Origin: Mytilus trossulus | Lineage: Eukaryota | NCBI RefSeq assembly: GCF_036588685.1 | Contig: NC_086375.1 | Coordinates: 76,632,001 to 76,696,000, forward strand | Direction of reading: 5' to 3' | Length of the DNA stretch: 64,000 nt | In this document: piece after piece, positions 63,746 through 64,000 of the stretch | How positions within the stretch are numbered: the stretch's first letter is position 1 | Layout of the letters: every line of letters begins with the position of its first letter | The notes under the pieces: generated by a model | What the model was told of the DNA's origin: nothing | Databases searched by the model: none | What the model saw: the letters and a program-made list of their open reading frames with translations, nothing else | Made by a program: the position numbers and the translations under genes

Positions 63746-64000
63746 TCAAATCCAAGCATTTGAAATCCGAAGATGTATAAGCAACGAAACCGTTGAGAAG
63801 CTATATGTCATAAATACCAAAAATAAATAGCCAAATTCAACTTAAGCCAACTTTGCCCGAGGGAGTTGAAGCTTTAATTTCTTAATAATTTCCAAATTTA
63901 TAAATGGACATTTTTAGAAAAGTGTTTTAAATCATGTCAGTACCGGAGTACTGACTACTCAGCTGACGATACCCTCGGGGACTAATACTATAGTCCACCC

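Larger units (their letters stand above)
62990..64000 (-). mobile_element. 354-bp tandem array with one hammerhead per monomer: non-LTR retrozyme (runs off the window end)
   Basis: Exact 354-bp period (62996, 63350, 63704); each monomer carries CTGATGA...GAAA with flanking stems on the - strand. Confidence 0.85.

Noticed and set aside
63219-63755. Two near-identical 60-aa ORFs (MDLSVPDEGKSRKAL...)
   Set aside because: By-products of the 354-bp repeat, with non-ATG starts; the conserved part is explained by the hammerhead RNA core.

Overview
AT-rich, repeat-dense, intron-containing animal DNA, not prokaryotic. The repeat landscape and gene content suggest a bivalve mollusc, probably a Mytilus-type mussel (inference). 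Five genes could be rebuilt by hand with consistent GT-AG splice phases. (1) An F-box/LRR gene with an intronless CDS (-). (2) A C5orf34 homologue with 12 coding exons (-), whose last intron looks like a U12 minor-spliceosome intron. (3) A small signal peptide-TSP1-TSP1-LDLa protein with a probable GPI signal (+). (4) A secreted single MRH (mannose-6-phosphate-receptor homology) domain protein (-). (5) An AA15 lytic polysaccharide monooxygenase with three Cys-rich C-terminal modules (-). Intergenic and intronic space holds Penelope-like RT fragments, an RTE-X-like LINE, a decayed Polinton/Maverick polymerase, Harbinger, Kolobok, Tc1 and hAT-type MITEs, and Helentron-type elements with internal tandem arrays. 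The most notable non-coding feature is a 354-bp tandem array at the right end. It carries one minimal hammerhead ribozyme per monomer and so has the layout of a non-LTR retrozyme. Most short ORFs in the supplied track are spurious. All family assignments come from motif recognition; no database searches were run.
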